DNA of 64,000 bases, taken from NCBI GenBank assembly GCA_964016885.1, contig OZ024746.1:40734001-40798000 (forward strand), read 5' to 3'. This stretch comes from Eledone cirrhosa (Eukaryota). The position numbers were made by a program, and so were the translations under genes. The notes beneath the pieces are model-generated. The model was not told where the DNA came from, made no database searches, and worked only from the letters and a program-made list of their open reading frames with translations. Positions 42,250-60,938 of the stretch are shown in pieces. Each line of letters opens with the position of its first letter. Positions within the stretch are counted from its first letter, which is position 1.

Positions 42250-42860
42250 AAACGAGATATCCAAAAGAGAGAAGTGTCAGCTTTGATAAATTAAGGCATT
42301 CCACAGATTTTTAATTACCCTGACTACCAAGGGAAAGCCACCTGTTTCAGTTGTCTTCTCCTGTCTACAGTAGTATGCCCAGTTTAGTCTCATTCATACA
42401 CCATTCTTCATATTCTCACCTACAATTCAGCAAACACACTAGAGGATAATTTCTCCCAACGCCCTCGGCACCATTGGAATTTGAAAGAGTTAATAAGAGC
42501 CTGATCGAAGAGAAAGGTGCCCGTCCACTACAATTTCCATGATGTCTGTTATCATCATGACGCCGTCAACCTATGCTGACACGACCCACTGAGTCCAGCG
42601 AGATGCCTCACAACACCTAACTTCCGCGGAATGGTTCAAAAACCAAAACGTACAGAAGCAATGTGAGAGGAATCGCTTAACTTTGCATACCTAGTGTATG
42701 GTTAGAAACGTTCCCACGCGCAAACACTGATATATGCTGAGGTGATTGAGCCTTTTAAAACAAGACCAAAACCCGCTGCATTAAGGACCGCCACCAAGTA
42801 CTGGTGGTCAAGGCTTTGTATTGATCCAAATGGATTATAGCCCCGCCGAACCCAGATTTA
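42250..42860 (-). mobile_element. Degenerate L1/Tx1-like LINE RT remnant
   Basis: Minus strand reads GAIIHLDQYKA, then frameshifts to DHQYLVAVLNAAGFG (compare LDQxKAFDRVDHxYLxxVLxxFGFG); a decayed SA*VDGV (YADD-like) lies near 42570. Confidence 0.6.
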
Positions 42861-43348
42861 TTATGCCCCCCCCCTCTCTCACTGCGGTGTATCGCAGCTG
42901 TTGTTATCGGTTTTTCCCAACGAACATACACAAGAAGAAGGCAAGAAGAAGAAGAAGAAGAAGAAGGCAAGAAGAAGAAGAAGGCAAGAAGAAGAAGGGT
43001 TTAGAAATATTTGTGGGATGCTCAGAGCAAAATATGTGCTGCAGTACTAGTAGTAGTTTCTTTAAAATACTTAAAACTTGAGTATCTATTTCACAAGATT
43101 GCTGTTGTTTTACATTAAAGTTCATTTCTGCAGCTATCCCGTTGATATTTGCATACAAATGTGTTTGATGTATCTTAATTGTTTCAAGAATCAAATATAG
43201 AAATACGAGGTAGGCCCAACTTCAAATTACAAGGGCTTTTGAAACAGATTTCAATCGATATAACTCATTATGCAGTCGAACACCTTTTCTCTTTCTCCCT
43301 TTTATGTATACACACATGCAAACACATATAATGTATGTATTATATCTA

Positions 43349-43912
<564 letters not shown>

Positions 43913-45852
43913 CAAACATATTTTGCATTAAGCAGAGGTAATCAGAGGCACTAAATGGCGATTTGGGAAACGTTCCGCAGTACTCCAATTCACAAACAAT
44001 ACTGATATATAATAGTTAGAGTGTTGTCTTCACGTTAACAATTGATCTGTGTAATAGGATAGTATGAAATTAATAGAATAACTGCAGCAGTCAGATGAAA
44101 TAATCGGAAGGTTTCTAAGTATCAGTTTTCCACATAATACACAAACACCGAACAAGCCATCGTAAAACTCTTCCGATCTTCGTCCCTATTTTCAAATCTC
44201 CTTCTTTGTTATTTATTTATTTATTATAAATAGATATCATTTAAGGGCCACAGAAAAGATATGCTGGCTTAAAGAGAAGGTTGTCAAGTTAAAACTCCAG
44301 TTTCAGACGTAATCATGTTCAGTGCTGATTGGATCTAGTTTCATGATCAGCATCACGAACAGGAAGTAATATTTAAATTGATGATGTCGGCGGCGGCGAT
44401 GGTGTGGAGGATAAAGGCTAAGTTGATGATGATGACCATGATGCTTGAGGCTAAAACGTAACTAAGTAAAACAGTCGTTGAATGACTTGACGGCAGATTG
44501 CCAAACTGGTCCTTCACAGTAGAAATGATCACGTGAAAATTATATAATGATTTTCTAATGAGGTACGCAGCCTTAGGCAATTAGAATGACGTCTCTAGTT
44601 TAGGAGATACATATAATTTATATGATGATAAACCTTTACAAACATACTACATAACTGGTGATGGCCTGAGCGAAATAGTATAGAATTTTAAGAAAAGCTT
44701 TACAACATTTACGTTGTTGTTATATATTGCTACGTTCAATTCCAGCCTGAATCGATTTGGCCTTTCGTTCATCAAAGACCATGCATTATACGTATTTTGT
44801 CCACACGTGAAAACACTTGATCCCAGCTCAATGCATTACAATGTTGAGACGTATCTTTTTTCTTCGTATTTATCAGTCGACGGAATTAGTAAAAACATGA
44901 CATGGAGAGGAACAAATGATTCTCTAGTCAAGAGATTGACATCTCGCTGTTGTAACTTCCAGAAGAACAAAGGAAAAAGAACTAATCCAAACTTGTTTCT
45001 GATCTTATGCATCTCAACTGAAGTATTGCTTTAAAACATGTTAAGATCAAAGTGTAATTGCTCTTTATCATTGAGAAATTTATGTTCTCGAGATCTAACA
45101 AGAGTTAAAATGTTAAACTTGAGGGAAGAGTAAAGTTGATCAAATCAACCATCCCCGTACTTGACTGATACTTTATTTTATCAACCCCGGAAGGCAGAAA
45201 AGCAAAGTTGATCTCTACAAAATCGGGAAGAGTGCACCTCGCCTAAGAAAGGAGTCTCTTGAAGTACAGTTGCGACGTATGTCGCTGGCTGTTCCTCGCG
45301 ACAATGCCTTCGTCATTTCGTTCACGGGACCGGGGTGTAAAGTCTGACATTCTTTCACTATTGAATTCTTTCTGTTTTTTTATTTTTATTGCAAACATTA
45401 TCTTGACGAATGAGCTACAAACTAAAGTATTCAATCTATGGTTACAACGATAATCACACATAAGACAAAATTGTATAATGGAATAAATGACGTCTTAATC
45501 TCATGTACTAAGACATTAAGAAAGATTGGAGTGGATAAACGAAAAAGAGAAACGTGAAAGGATTTCTGTCACTGTTGACTGTGAGTATATGAATATAGTT
45601 ACATCAGTCGGTTTACAGTTATGGAATAATAGAGCAATAAATAACTAGAGTGGTATTATACATTCTTAAGAAAAAGATGGATTAGAGTTTTGAATTAATC
45701 AAGCCATCTGTCGACTAAAGAAAATCAGGAATTAGCCCATATTGCTGACCAAGATTTTAACCAAAATCTTTCTAGAGGATTTCAATAATTTATCAACAAT
45801 TTCAGTGAAAGAATTCTACAATCGAAACAAAATCAAAAGTCATTATCTATTA

Positions 45853-46036
45853 GGCGGTAGATTGGCAGTATCGGTGGAGGGTCGGACGCCATGCTTTCCA
45901 GCATAGTTACGTCCTTTTACGATCTGAGTTCAAATCCCGCCGAGGTTGACTTTGCCTTTCATCCTTACGAGGTCGATAAAATAAAGTACCAGTAATGCAC
46001 TGGGTAATTGCTGGCCTTGTGCCTAAAGTAGAAACA
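45853..46036 (+). mobile_element. Young full-length SINE with 11-bp TSD
   Basis: attatctatta at 45842-45852 and 46037-46047; very similar to the 2611 and 40323 copies. Confidence 0.85.
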
Positions 46037-46851
46037 ATTATCTATTAAAGAGGATGTTCGCCATAATATTTATCAGAGGGTCCAGAGTCCCCCACTATTA
46101 AAAAAAAAACCCATATATTCAGAAAACATTTTTTGTTAAAAAAAAAAAATACTCCTCTGGAAATGTACCAGTATCATATTTACATATTTCGCGAAGAGGG
46201 GGGACAGGGATAGCCGTGGATGGTGGTAGAATACTCGCGCGCGCACGCACACACACACACACACGCGCACACGCGCACACACACACACTTTTTAGAGGGA
46301 TTCAACAATGTAAAGAGGGCTTTAAATGTTAAAAATAGCGATAAAGTTGTTGAACTGATACCTTGGAGGTGCAGATTCAGAAATGCCAGCATAAGAGCAA
46401 CACAGGGTCTCTTGCTCCGACTTAGTTTCCTTAACTCATCTTTTGGTAAAAAGATTTTATTTTTATCCCGAAATATTAAGAACTAATTAAAAACATCCAC
46501 AGTAATATTCCAACAACTTTGTTATCGTTTATTTTCTTGTTCACATTTATGAATTTTCTTTACTCTATATTAACATTATCGGAATCCTGTTATTACGAGA
46601 TTTGAAAACATTAAGAGAGACTTTAATTTATTATCACACCTCAACTGAACACCAGTGGTAAATGAAACAAAAATACTACTTGTTCGGCTCTTATAACCAT
46701 TTCATTGCATCCAAGGCTGTAATAAAAACGAACATATCGGACTTTTTAATATAATATTATATATTCTTTTAAAAATCGTTAATCTTTGAGTAATTAGCTC
46801 GTTATAGAAGTAAATGGTTATGTGAATACTCAATTGCACTGTTTCGTTATA

Positions 46852-47074
46852 CATGGGGGGGGGGGGGGCGCTAAAGTAATTTCCTATTACAAAAAAAATT
46901 CGTAATTTTTTAAATTATTATTAAAATATTATTATTTTTTTCTTTCAGATTAAAGTTGAATAAAAACAAAATCCAATTATGGAAAAATACACCCTCCAAG
47001 AAAAATTAGTTTCGAGTTAAATTGTAATGTTTTATTAATAAAAATAGGTAAGAAGTGACTTTCGGCCCACCCTG
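46852..47074. mobile_element. Tc1/mariner-type MITE
   Basis: Right end aagtgactttcggcccaccctg|ta with a degenerate left match ta|catgggg..cgctaaagtaattt. Confidence 0.5.
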
Positions 47075-50000
47075 TATTTCAGGACAGGACACTAAATTAC
47101 ATATTCTTCACAGTTAGATTATCCGAAGCAGTAAGTGTAAGTTTTTTGGGTTTTTTTAATCTTCTGGGAAATCCATTCGCAACATTTATCATTCACTTAC
47201 TTAACACGAACCAGAGTTGAGTACTACTTGGATGGATTCTAAAGATTCGCGAATGAGGCAGATTTTCTAAGGAAACTGATGTAACGAATCTACGACTTCG
47301 CCGCCTTACAAAAATGTAAGAGAAGTGAAATGGTTCAACCAAGAATCGAAACCAAGACACAAAGATTGCCTGCTGACAGTTTACTTCTTGCTAAACGACG
47401 CTCGCCACATTTTGGATTTGTATCGATTGATGACTTATTAATAACTAGGAATGATGACTTGTAATTAGATTATGGTTAGTTATAGTAACTATATTACCGC
47501 TTTCTATAATAACTAGTTGATGCTGCGCAGTCTATCCAGTAATATTGAGCTAATATTATGTGGTGGTAGTAGTTAGTTGTAGTATCCTGTGCCTTGCAAG
47601 GTGTTTGTCTCGAAGCTGCCAGAAACAAATCTATTGATTTCTTCATCTTGCCTTCCCCTTAAGTACTGTATCTGTTCCCAAACTAATTGCATTCAGCAAC
47701 GGGACAGGTTAGCGTGACCAATGGGAACAAAATAGAATAGAAAAAAGATGATATAAAGAATTACAAAGAGCAATTATATTGATTTCTTAACTAGGTACCT
47801 GGCATCAGGTTTATGAGGGAGTGATGTAAACGAGATTATGTGACAATCATGCTTCTCTCTGGGCGTATAAGAAACATAAGTGAAATGAAATAGCTACAGT
47901 CTATCTTTTATAAAACGCGCCACAAATTTAAAAAAAAACAACAACAACTTTTGTGTGAGAAACATTCATAGATAATTCACCAGGTTTTTAAGCTGGCTCA
48001 TTTAACATCCATATTGAATGATAAAAAAAAAGATACAGCAAACAATTTAGCAGATTCGATTAAAAGAACTGCCATTCATTCATCTAACGGTATCGATCAG
48101 TTGATCGGATAAATAGAGATTTAGAATTTAGTGTAAATTGAACATGAAGGTATACAAAAGGTATATCTGGGATTTGTTTAGAAAGGAAAAACACGAAGCT
48201 TTCAATATCCTTATATTCGTCAATTGGCGTGCTTTAACGGCTCTGTTTAAGAAGTGACTTTATAAACTCTGTATCACCAAAAGAACAATATCAAGGAGAC
48301 AACCCCATCAAAGGTCAAATAGAGAAATCCAACAAAGAATCCTTTTAATTTTGTTTGTATATCTTCACATTTCTTTTTATATTAGGCTGGGCATACAACA
48401 AAGGCGACGAAATATACCGTTCAAGTGTGTATACACACGTGTGTGTATATGTGTGAGAATTAGTGACAGAGAAAGAGAGAGAATAGTCGTTAGGTATTGA
48501 ATATATCGATCTAAAGGAATATTAGAATGGTTAATATAATGAAAGTATGAGAATAACAATACCTTCGTTGTTGTTGTCGATACATCAACAATTTTACAGG
48601 GAGAATATCTAACAGTTGGTAGATCAGGAATCTAATAGTAATAATGCTGTCAATAAATACAATGGGCGATATATCGATAGTTTCTATGTATGGACCGCTA
48701 ACTCGTGATGGAATCGTAGGAGCACCGTTGATATACAGCGTGGCTTCGACATTTTCAACCTGCCGAATCCCATCCCCTATCCAAGTTTGAACACAGCCAA
48801 TTTTTTTGAGAGACAGAAAGAGGCGGGGTGGATGAATCGACCCCCAGTACTGGATTGGTACTCCCTTTTATCGACCTCTAAAAGATGAAAGGCAAAGTTG
48901 ACCTCGGCGGGATTCGAACTTAAAGTGCAGAGAGCCAGAACGAATATCGCAAATCATTCTATGATAATTATTCTAATAATTTGCCGCCATATCGATAGTG
49001 TTACAAAGCAGCTTTGTTCAATATCGTAGTCAACACACTGGTAGTGTTATAGTGTACGGATTATTTCATAATCTATATTTAGGGGTACAAAAGCCCCTTT
49101 TCGGTCATGACTGACCATACGTTTTCCATATGTTAAGTTCATTGCAAGGTGTAAGTTTGGTCAAGATGTCTATGGAAGACAAGCAGTCACTCATGCATAC
49201 CAGTTTCCCCTCTCCACGCCACTGATGTGGTCCAAGATACAGCTTGGCAACAGTATCGTTGCAACTCATTCCAGCTGAGTAGAGAAGAACAACAAGAAAA
49301 ATATCTTGCTCGAAAACCCTAACCACTAAGCTACGCATATTCACATAAAGAGCACTAGAGTTACCATAAATATGGTTATGGTCGTCAGTAAACTGACTGA
49401 TGAAGATTAGTAGTTTAATTCGTCTAAGGCATATAACACAAAATCCAAGAGCTAACAAACGAATGTCTATGCAGTTGTTTTACCTGCTAGAAATAGCAGT
49501 CAAAATTTCATTAAAATCACACTATATCATTTTAGGACACAAGGATTATATAGTGATGGGGGAGGGGAGAAAGAATGAGTTTGTGTATGATATTTAAATA
49601 AAATAGCTCTTTGTTTTAAAGTAGATCAATGAACTTTAAATTTTCTTATAAATCTTAATTTCAAAAGAGGTTTTGAAGCTCGTATAACTAATTTCACCTA
49701 TCTGATAATACGTAACAGACATACAGCGTACGAATTCTGCACTTAGGTGATGTTTCTCAATGGAATGGTTCTTGGTAGAGATTTTCCAAAAGGTATTTTA
49801 AGTTTCAGACATTCCTCGAGTCGGACTAAATCAAGATATTAAGAAATAAATAGAACGTTACACCTCACTTTGGAATTCCAACATTCTTCTCTAAACAATA
49901 CATTTAATATAACGGGTGTGGTGTGTTTTCATGCCCATTAACGATGTAAATATTAGTATAAAGGAAGATTCAGAAAAGTAGAGATGGTTCAAGTCTTACA

Positions 50001-50388
50001 GCAGAGCTTGGACACATGGAAAGAGACTGTCACCCTCTCCCCTTCGCTTTCTAATAATCTTGCCCTTTCCCTCTCATTTATAATGCTTTCCAATACTACT
50101 TTCTTTTTCTATGTTTGACTAAATATTAAATTCTTTATTATGTTTCTGTAATTTTAAGCTAGAAATATATTTGAATATTTTGAAATAAAAGATTATTCTA
50201 ACCATTAAAATAAATTAATATAATATAGTACACACACACACACATATATATATATAAAATTAGAATTGGTGCTCTGAAATAGCGATATATATATGAATGT
50301 ATATATAGTGTATTTTGCAATACATTGTATGCTTAATTAAAAGCATTTCGAAGACCTTCGTGATTTTCAACGAACAGGTGGAGTACTT

Positions 50389-50433
50389 AGCTCTGATAAG
50401 TACCAAAAAGTACGAAACAGAGCTCTGTCAGCT
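50389..50433 (+). ncRNA. Type I HHR motif (family G) with a C3-A8 mismatch, probably impaired
   Basis: agct-CTGATAA-gtac caaaaa gtac-GAAA-cagagctctg-TC^agct. Confidence 0.65.
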
Positions 50434-50568
50434 TTATCTCCCCTTGTTTGCTGAAAATGTAAAGTAAGTGAGACTGTCACTACTCTAAAACAATAGCGTA
50501 AGGTCTTTCAAATGCTTTTAATTAAGCATACAGTGTATTGCAAAATACACTATATATACATTCATATA

Positions 50569-50621
<53 letters not shown>

Positions 50622-50768
50622 GTGTATATATATATATATGAATGTATATATAGTGTATTTTGCAATACACTGTATGCTTAATTAAAAGCATTTCGAAGAC
50701 CTTACGCTATTGTTTTAGAGTAGTGACTGTTTCACTTACTTTAAATTTTCAGCAAACAGGGGAGATAA

Positions 50769-50813
50769 AGCTGACAGAGCTCTGTTTCGTACTTTTTGGT
50801 ACTTATCAAAGCT
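50769..50813 (-). ncRNA. Type I HHR motif (family G) with a U3-A8 core
   Basis: Minus strand: agct-TTGATAA-gtac caaaaa gtac-GAAA-cagagctctg-TC^agct; GUC cleavage triplet. Confidence 0.7.
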
Positions 50814-50957
50814 AACTACTCCACCTTCGAAATGCTTTTTATTAAGCATAAAATTAAATTCTTTATTATGTGTCTGTAATTTTAAGCTAGAAATATATTT
50901 GAATATTTTGAAATAAAAGATTATTTTACCCATTAAAGAAAATTAATATAATATAGT

Positions 50958-51083
<126 letters not shown>

Positions 51084-51283
51084 CGAGTCGTTTGAGCGTT
51101 TTATGGTATTCGTTCCGGCTCTCTAAGTTCAAATCCCGCTGAGGTCGATAAAAAAGCACCAGTACTGGGATAGATTCTATATTTATATATATATATATAA
51201 ATATATATATATAAATATATATAAATATATATAAATATAAATATATATAAATATATATATATCAATATATATAAATATATATA

Positions 51284-51597
51284 CAGAGTGTTCGGGATAA
51301 ATTTGACAGAATAATATTTGGTTGTTTTTTCAGATGTTTTAAATTCATTCATGCCCACTAGGCTTTATTTGAAAGTTTAAACCCCCCTTCATTCATATAG
51401 GTGATGACAACGAGAATGGATGACTGGGAGCCACCTGAATCATGGAAGAGAATAACTTGTATCATGATGATTCGCGCCGGCCATCAAAATAAGGAGATTA
51501 TGGTCGCTGCTCAATGTTCCCTGAACACTGTAAAAACAATCCGCATGAACTGGAGAATTGCAATGGAGACTACGAGGCTGTGGCTAGAAGAAAGAAA
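51284..51597 (+). mobile_element. 5' fragment of a Tc1/mariner-like DNA transposon
   Basis: ta|cagagtgttcgggataaatt TIR-like start, then an ORF with HTH-like [28 protein letters not shown], truncated by (TA)n. Confidence 0.5.
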
Positions 51598-51599
51598 CA

Positions 51600-52188
<589 letters not shown>

Positions 52189-52802
52189 TCTTTAAGTCGT
52201 TTGGAAGCCTCGACAATGCAAATGGGTAAATCTCCGGGTAACAAGGTCCGGTGGTGGAGAGAGAAATGTAAGTGGGTGTACGTTGAGATGCGTGGTGTGA
52301 TGTGTGAGATGTGTAGAATGAAGGGAAGAGTATAAAGGATAAAATAAAAATAACACCACAAGAGAGAGTTACCTTGGGAGAGATTTAATAGTTCCTATAT
52401 ATTTCGGATTCACATCCATCAACTGGGGTATTTTTCCGGGGTGGGGGAAAAGGTTGTCTGTCGGACAAGTGCGGGACGCGTCCTTCGCTGTTTGTTGTTT
52501 TGAATATCTGAAGTATTCGGCAGAGGGCGCGTGTGCGTGAAATGGGGTCGGTCGTACAGAGGTCAGCGGCCGAATGAGGGAGTGGGATGGCGCTAGCTGT
52601 CAGTCCATTCTCTGCCTGTTTGTTAAATGTTACTGTGTGTGTGTGTGCGTGTGTTGTTGCCTTGTTCCTCTGTATTGGCAGTGTAGTATGTTCGTATGGT
52701 GGAATGCTACTGTGTGTGTGTGCGGGTGTGTGCGTAGTTGTCTCGTTTGCGTGTGTGTGTGTGTGTGTGCGTGTGTTGTGTGTTGTTGCATCGCTTGTTA
52801 AC

Positions 52803-53376
52803 TTAAACCAGCCATCTCATGATCGGTTGTTCTGATCGGTTCTTTATTTGCGGTTGCAGTCGTTTGATAAAAAGCGCTTCCTTGATACGTAACGTGCCGA
52901 CATTTCTTTCAGTCGCTAGAATTGTGACAATGGGCCTTCCGTCTTTGTTTCCGCATTTGTCTATGTGTTTCCGGAAAGACGAGGCCCTGGTTTTAGTGTT
53001 TTCCTTGATCCGGATGTGCAAAGCTCGAATTGTGCTACCTATGTAGTATTGGTTGCACCTGTCACATTCTATCTTATACACGACGTATGTGCGTAGGCAA
53101 CAGTTCGCATGGCGTATCGGGCAGTCTCTGAGGGAGCATGCGTCAGTAGATTTTTCGGGTTTCCTGGAGAGGCATCTTCGCAGGGAGGGGCCCGAGTGGG
53201 CCAGGTGGATGTCGAGGCCCTCCCTCCGTATAGCCTTGCGGATAGCGTTGGTGGTTTTCTCGCCCAGGTGTGGCATTTTAAGGAAGCACTTGCCTTGGGT
53301 GCTTCTCTGTCTCTTGCGTCTGGTGTCTCCTATTCTGTCTGTGATCGAGGTAGGGTACCCGTTCGTCTCCAGCACC
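52803..53376 (-). mobile_element. Penelope-like element, 3' ORF fragment (RT C-terminus plus GIY-YIG endonuclease)
   Basis: LETNGYP..., Cys-rich CSLRDCPI..CC linker, VVYKIECDRCNQYYIGSTIRALHIRIKE, and LRIKEALFIKRLQPQI: GIY-YIG of PLE type. Confidence 0.85.
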
Positions 53377-53765
53377 ACCACGAACGAGATCGCGCGAATC
53401 AAAAACAGATGCAGCGATCCCGCGAGTGGTGTCACTCATACCAAGCGATTCCTCGAGGTGCTGGAGACGAACGGGTACCCTACCTCGATCACAGATTTTG
53501 TTAGAAAATGGCGTAGGACAGAAGAAAGGAAAGGCACAGAAACAAAGAAAGGAATCCCCAGTCACTGAAGAGGTCACAGAGTGTGTGACGAAAGGACTAT
53601 GACTATATATAAACAACTATCTGGTTGTGGAACCAACCAACCAACCAGAAATTTATAAATTTGTAGATTTGTAAATTTATAAATTTATAAGTATATAATA
53701 AATTGAAGTGAAAGCAACTGGTGCGTGTGTTTCTTATTGGCAACATGACCCTCCCAAAGTATAAC
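53377..53765 (+). mobile_element. Inverted 5' part of the same PLE insertion, ending in an HHR-bearing terminus
   Basis: 39-bp inverted duplication (53338-53376 / 53457-53495); plus strand encodes NEIARIKNRCSD...FLEVLETNGYP; followed by the HHR and (TA)n. Confidence 0.7.
53560..53604 (+). ncRNA. Type I HHR motif (family C), slightly degenerate
   Basis: agtca-CTGAAGA-g gtcaca gagtg tgtgac-GAAA-ggac-TA^tgact; stem I agtca/tgact. Confidence 0.65.
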
Positions 53766-57560
<3,795 letters not shown>

Positions 57561-57745
57561 GATAAATCTACCAAGAGTTTACGGTAGTGTCCAATCCGTA
57601 TGAAGAACTCAATGTATTCCGGATATCATGGAAAGAAGAGATGTAATGAAAAATCACTTTCGGTGAAAGATAAACGGTATACAGAGTCAAGATAAAATAT
57701 TAAACAAATAATGAATAAACAATTCCTTATATTAAACAAAAAAAG

Positions 57746-57899
57746 TTCATTATTTAACGATCGTTTCTAGGATATATATGTGTTAGAATTGGTATGCATA
57801 TTCAACAGATCTATGTACAAAATTATACAAAATTATACAAATTATCAAGATTAAATATACATACCAACACATATATACGCCGTCTTCAGAAATAATGAA
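57746..57899 (-). ncRNA. Type I HHR motif (family D) with a very long stem II
   Basis: Minus strand: ttcattattt-CTGAAGA-[long imperfect hairpin]-GAAA-cgatcg-TT^aaataatgaa; perfect 10-bp stem I. Confidence 0.65.
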
Positions 57900-58287
57900 G
57901 TATATTTATTGATAATAACAACAATTCAAAATTTCAGGTCCGTTTGGGAACAAAATTGACCAATGAAAACACAAAGGGTTAAATGCAGTTCGGTGTGTGT
58001 ATATACATGTAAAACCCTTACACATATTTTACAAAAATGTATGTATAATTTGTATACGCATACTAAAAGGATGGATGCAAATACAAAATTTCAAGGTTAA
58101 TGTCTCTGTAAGTTTATAATGCATAGATAAGATGCGTATTGACACAAGTATGAAATATAAATATATTTTTTCATACTCACACTTATCCGTACAATCACAC
58201 ATACACGCGCGTATATGCATAAATATACACATAACCACGAACATACAAACACACACACACCCCCACTCACATTTATATATGTGGATA

Positions 58288-58487
58288 NNNNNNNNNNNNN
58301 NNNNNNNNNNNNNNNNNNNNNNNNNNNNNNNNNNNNNNNNNNNNNNNNNNNNNNNNNNNNNNNNNNNNNNNNNNNNNNNNNNNNNNNNNNNNNNNNNNNN
58401 NNNNNNNNNNNNNNNNNNNNNNNNNNNNNNNNNNNNNNNNNNNNNNNNNNNNNNNNNNNNNNNNNNNNNNNNNNNNNNNNNNNNNNN
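58288..58487. other. Assembly gap (200 N)
   Basis: Run of n. Confidence 1.
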
Positions 58488-59519
58488 AATTTCCTAGATA
58501 TAACATTAAATCTCAACACATGTCTTCACTATCCTTTTCACAAGTTGAATGAAAACTTAAACTATGTAAACTTTAACTCTAACCACCCCAGATCTGTCAA
58601 AAACACTATAGTAAACTCTGTCCAAAAACGTATCTCTAGGATCTCGTCGAATAGAAAGATTTTCGACGAAAAAGCCCAATACTACAATGAAGCATTAGCT
58701 AGAGCAGGATATGCTGATAAGATTGTGTACATAGATAATGATAGACAAACTAAACAAAGTAACAACTTTTTTAATTACGGCAACATCCTTAACAACTATA
58801 ATAGAAAGCATTACAATAATTCCAAAGGCCAAAAAAGAAATAGAACTAGGAACATAATTTGGTTTGCCCCCCCTTTCTCACTAAACATTAAAACCCACAT
58901 CGCTAAACTATTTTTTAAAGCTCTTGATAATCGCTTCCCTAGAACACATAGATATCACTCAATTTTCAATAGACATACAATTAAATTAACCTACTCATCC
59001 ACCAAAAATTTAGCACAAAATATCAATAGAATAAATAATAGGAACTTAAAACCTAGTGATAACAGCATAAATAATATACAAGTTAACAAATGTAACTGTA
59101 GAGATAGATCTAAATGTCCGTTAAATAACAACTGCTTAGTTAAAAATATAGTATACAATTGTAATGTTAATACTGACTCTAATTCTTTTAACTACGTCGG
59201 TTCCACATCGACGGAATTTAAACTTCGCTATAATAACCACAAGAATTCTTTCACAGATCCAAGTAAAAAATCTTCAACGGCACTATCAGGCGTACTATGG
59301 CAACTTAAGCTAGATAACGTTAGATATTCGACTGCTTGGAATATAGTCTCAAGAGGGATTCCTTTTAATTCATCCTCTGAGACATGTGACCTCTGCGCAG
59401 AGGAGATATTCTTTATACTAAAATCTAAAAATTCCCTTAATCTACGGACAAATTTATTCAGCTGTTGCAAACATAGATTAAACTCAACGTTTAAGTATAA
59501 ATTTAAATTTAAAATGTAG
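58488..59519 (+). mobile_element. Penelope-like element ORF, uninterrupted C-terminal ~343 aa (RT thumb plus GIY-YIG endonuclease); 5' part lost in the gap
   Basis: NFLDITL...YVNFNSNHP...ALARAGY (PLE RT C-terminus), WFAPPF, CNCRDRSKCPLNNNC linker, IVY..YVGSTSTEFKLRYNNH, and CDLCAEE..LN.R...CCKH. Confidence 0.85.
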
Positions 59520-60872
59520 TATATTTAGTTTGATTTATAATTATATGGGAAACTAGCCGATAAATCTTTGATTCTCTTTTTACTCTTTTTATTTTTATTT
59601 TATTTATTTATTTAAACATTCTTCATGGTAAATTAAGCTATCCTAAAAGATGATGCTCCAAATATTTCGAATAAACGTTACACTAGATAAACTTCTATAT
59701 TAAATATAAGAACACATGTAGACCAAATTGGGCTGCGATTTGATAGATAATTTTTGGCTTTATCTGTTTTTCGACTCTGATGTTTATAATGAACTTGGCA
59801 ATATATTGTCAATTAATTTTGAAGGGTTGATCTTTGTGGTTTATTTTATTTTTATTACTGTAGTATTTCCTAATTTTTATTTTTTAATATTTTTAATATG
59901 TAAATTTTTAATATGTAATATTTTTAATATGTAATATTCTTTCGTAATATTTCTTAGTTTTCTATTTTATTATTACTTATTATTATTATTATTGTTATTT
60001 TTAGTTTAGTTTTGTTTCCGATATATTTTTATTTTTATTAGTATGTTGAAATCTGCTCTATCTTTGCTTGATAGATAATCTTGTAGAGTAGAGACGGAAA
60101 TAGTAATTTTGACTCTATATACACATATATGTATACTTAAATTTTTATACCGCATTGAGAATACTTTCCGTGAACTTAGGGTTTGCAGAATTGATCATGT
60201 ACATTCACATAGATGTTTGTAATTATCACATAAACATATGAATTATTTTAAAAAACTAAACATAAGATCATTAATTTTCACACATTGTGGATACATATCT
60301 CATTCAGGAATACTGATATTTGCAATGCAGAGGCTGGTTTTGTAAATACTAGTACCTCTACATTAAAACAGAGGTTTGTACGCCTCGCCTGTGTCTGGAT
60401 ATTTTTGAATTTTCTCTCTCTCTTTTTTTCTCTCTCTATATTTTTTCTCTCCCTATATAACAGCTGGTTTTCCATCCATATATCTCCCTTACATTAATAC
60501 TAGAGCTAAATAAATAAATAAATAAATAAATGTATCATTGATACGTTATTCAACAGTTTTTATATATGTATCTATCTCTATTTCCTCTCTCTCTATATAT
60601 ATATCTCTCTCTGTTTCTTTACATGAAGTTTCTTCTCTTTATCTATCTTTCCATCTCTCTATTTTGTTCCATGCATTTCTTCTTTTTCTTTTTCTTTTTC
60701 TTTTTCTTTTTCTTCGTTTTCTGTCTTTCTTTCCTTTTTTCTATCTTTTTCTCTCTTTCTCTCTCTCTCTTTCTTTCTCTCTGTGTACAATTTTGTCACA
60801 ACCAAATCACCTTCCCAAGTAGATGTTGTTACGGTATGTCGAATCTATTTATCTATAAAACTGTTTATATTG

Positions 60873-60938
60873 TATTTTGTCTGAGGAAGGCATAGCATAT
60901 TGTTAATATGTTATCCCTGAAATATATATAATGAAATA
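60873..60938 (+). ncRNA. Type I HHR motif (family E) at the 3' end of the 58488 PLE
   Basis: tattttgt-CTGAGGA-agg c atagcatatt gtt aatatgttat c cct-GAAA-tatata-TA^atgaaata; same strand as the ORF and about 130 bp before (TA)n. Confidence 0.8.

Noticed and set aside
50445-50490. Second HHR-like string ctgaaaa...gagactgtc / gaaacagtc in the 50-kb element
   Set aside because: No convincing stem I or stem II pairing.
58215-58487. N-terminus of the 434-aa ORF
   Set aside because: Joined artificially across the N gap; only 58488-59519 is informative.
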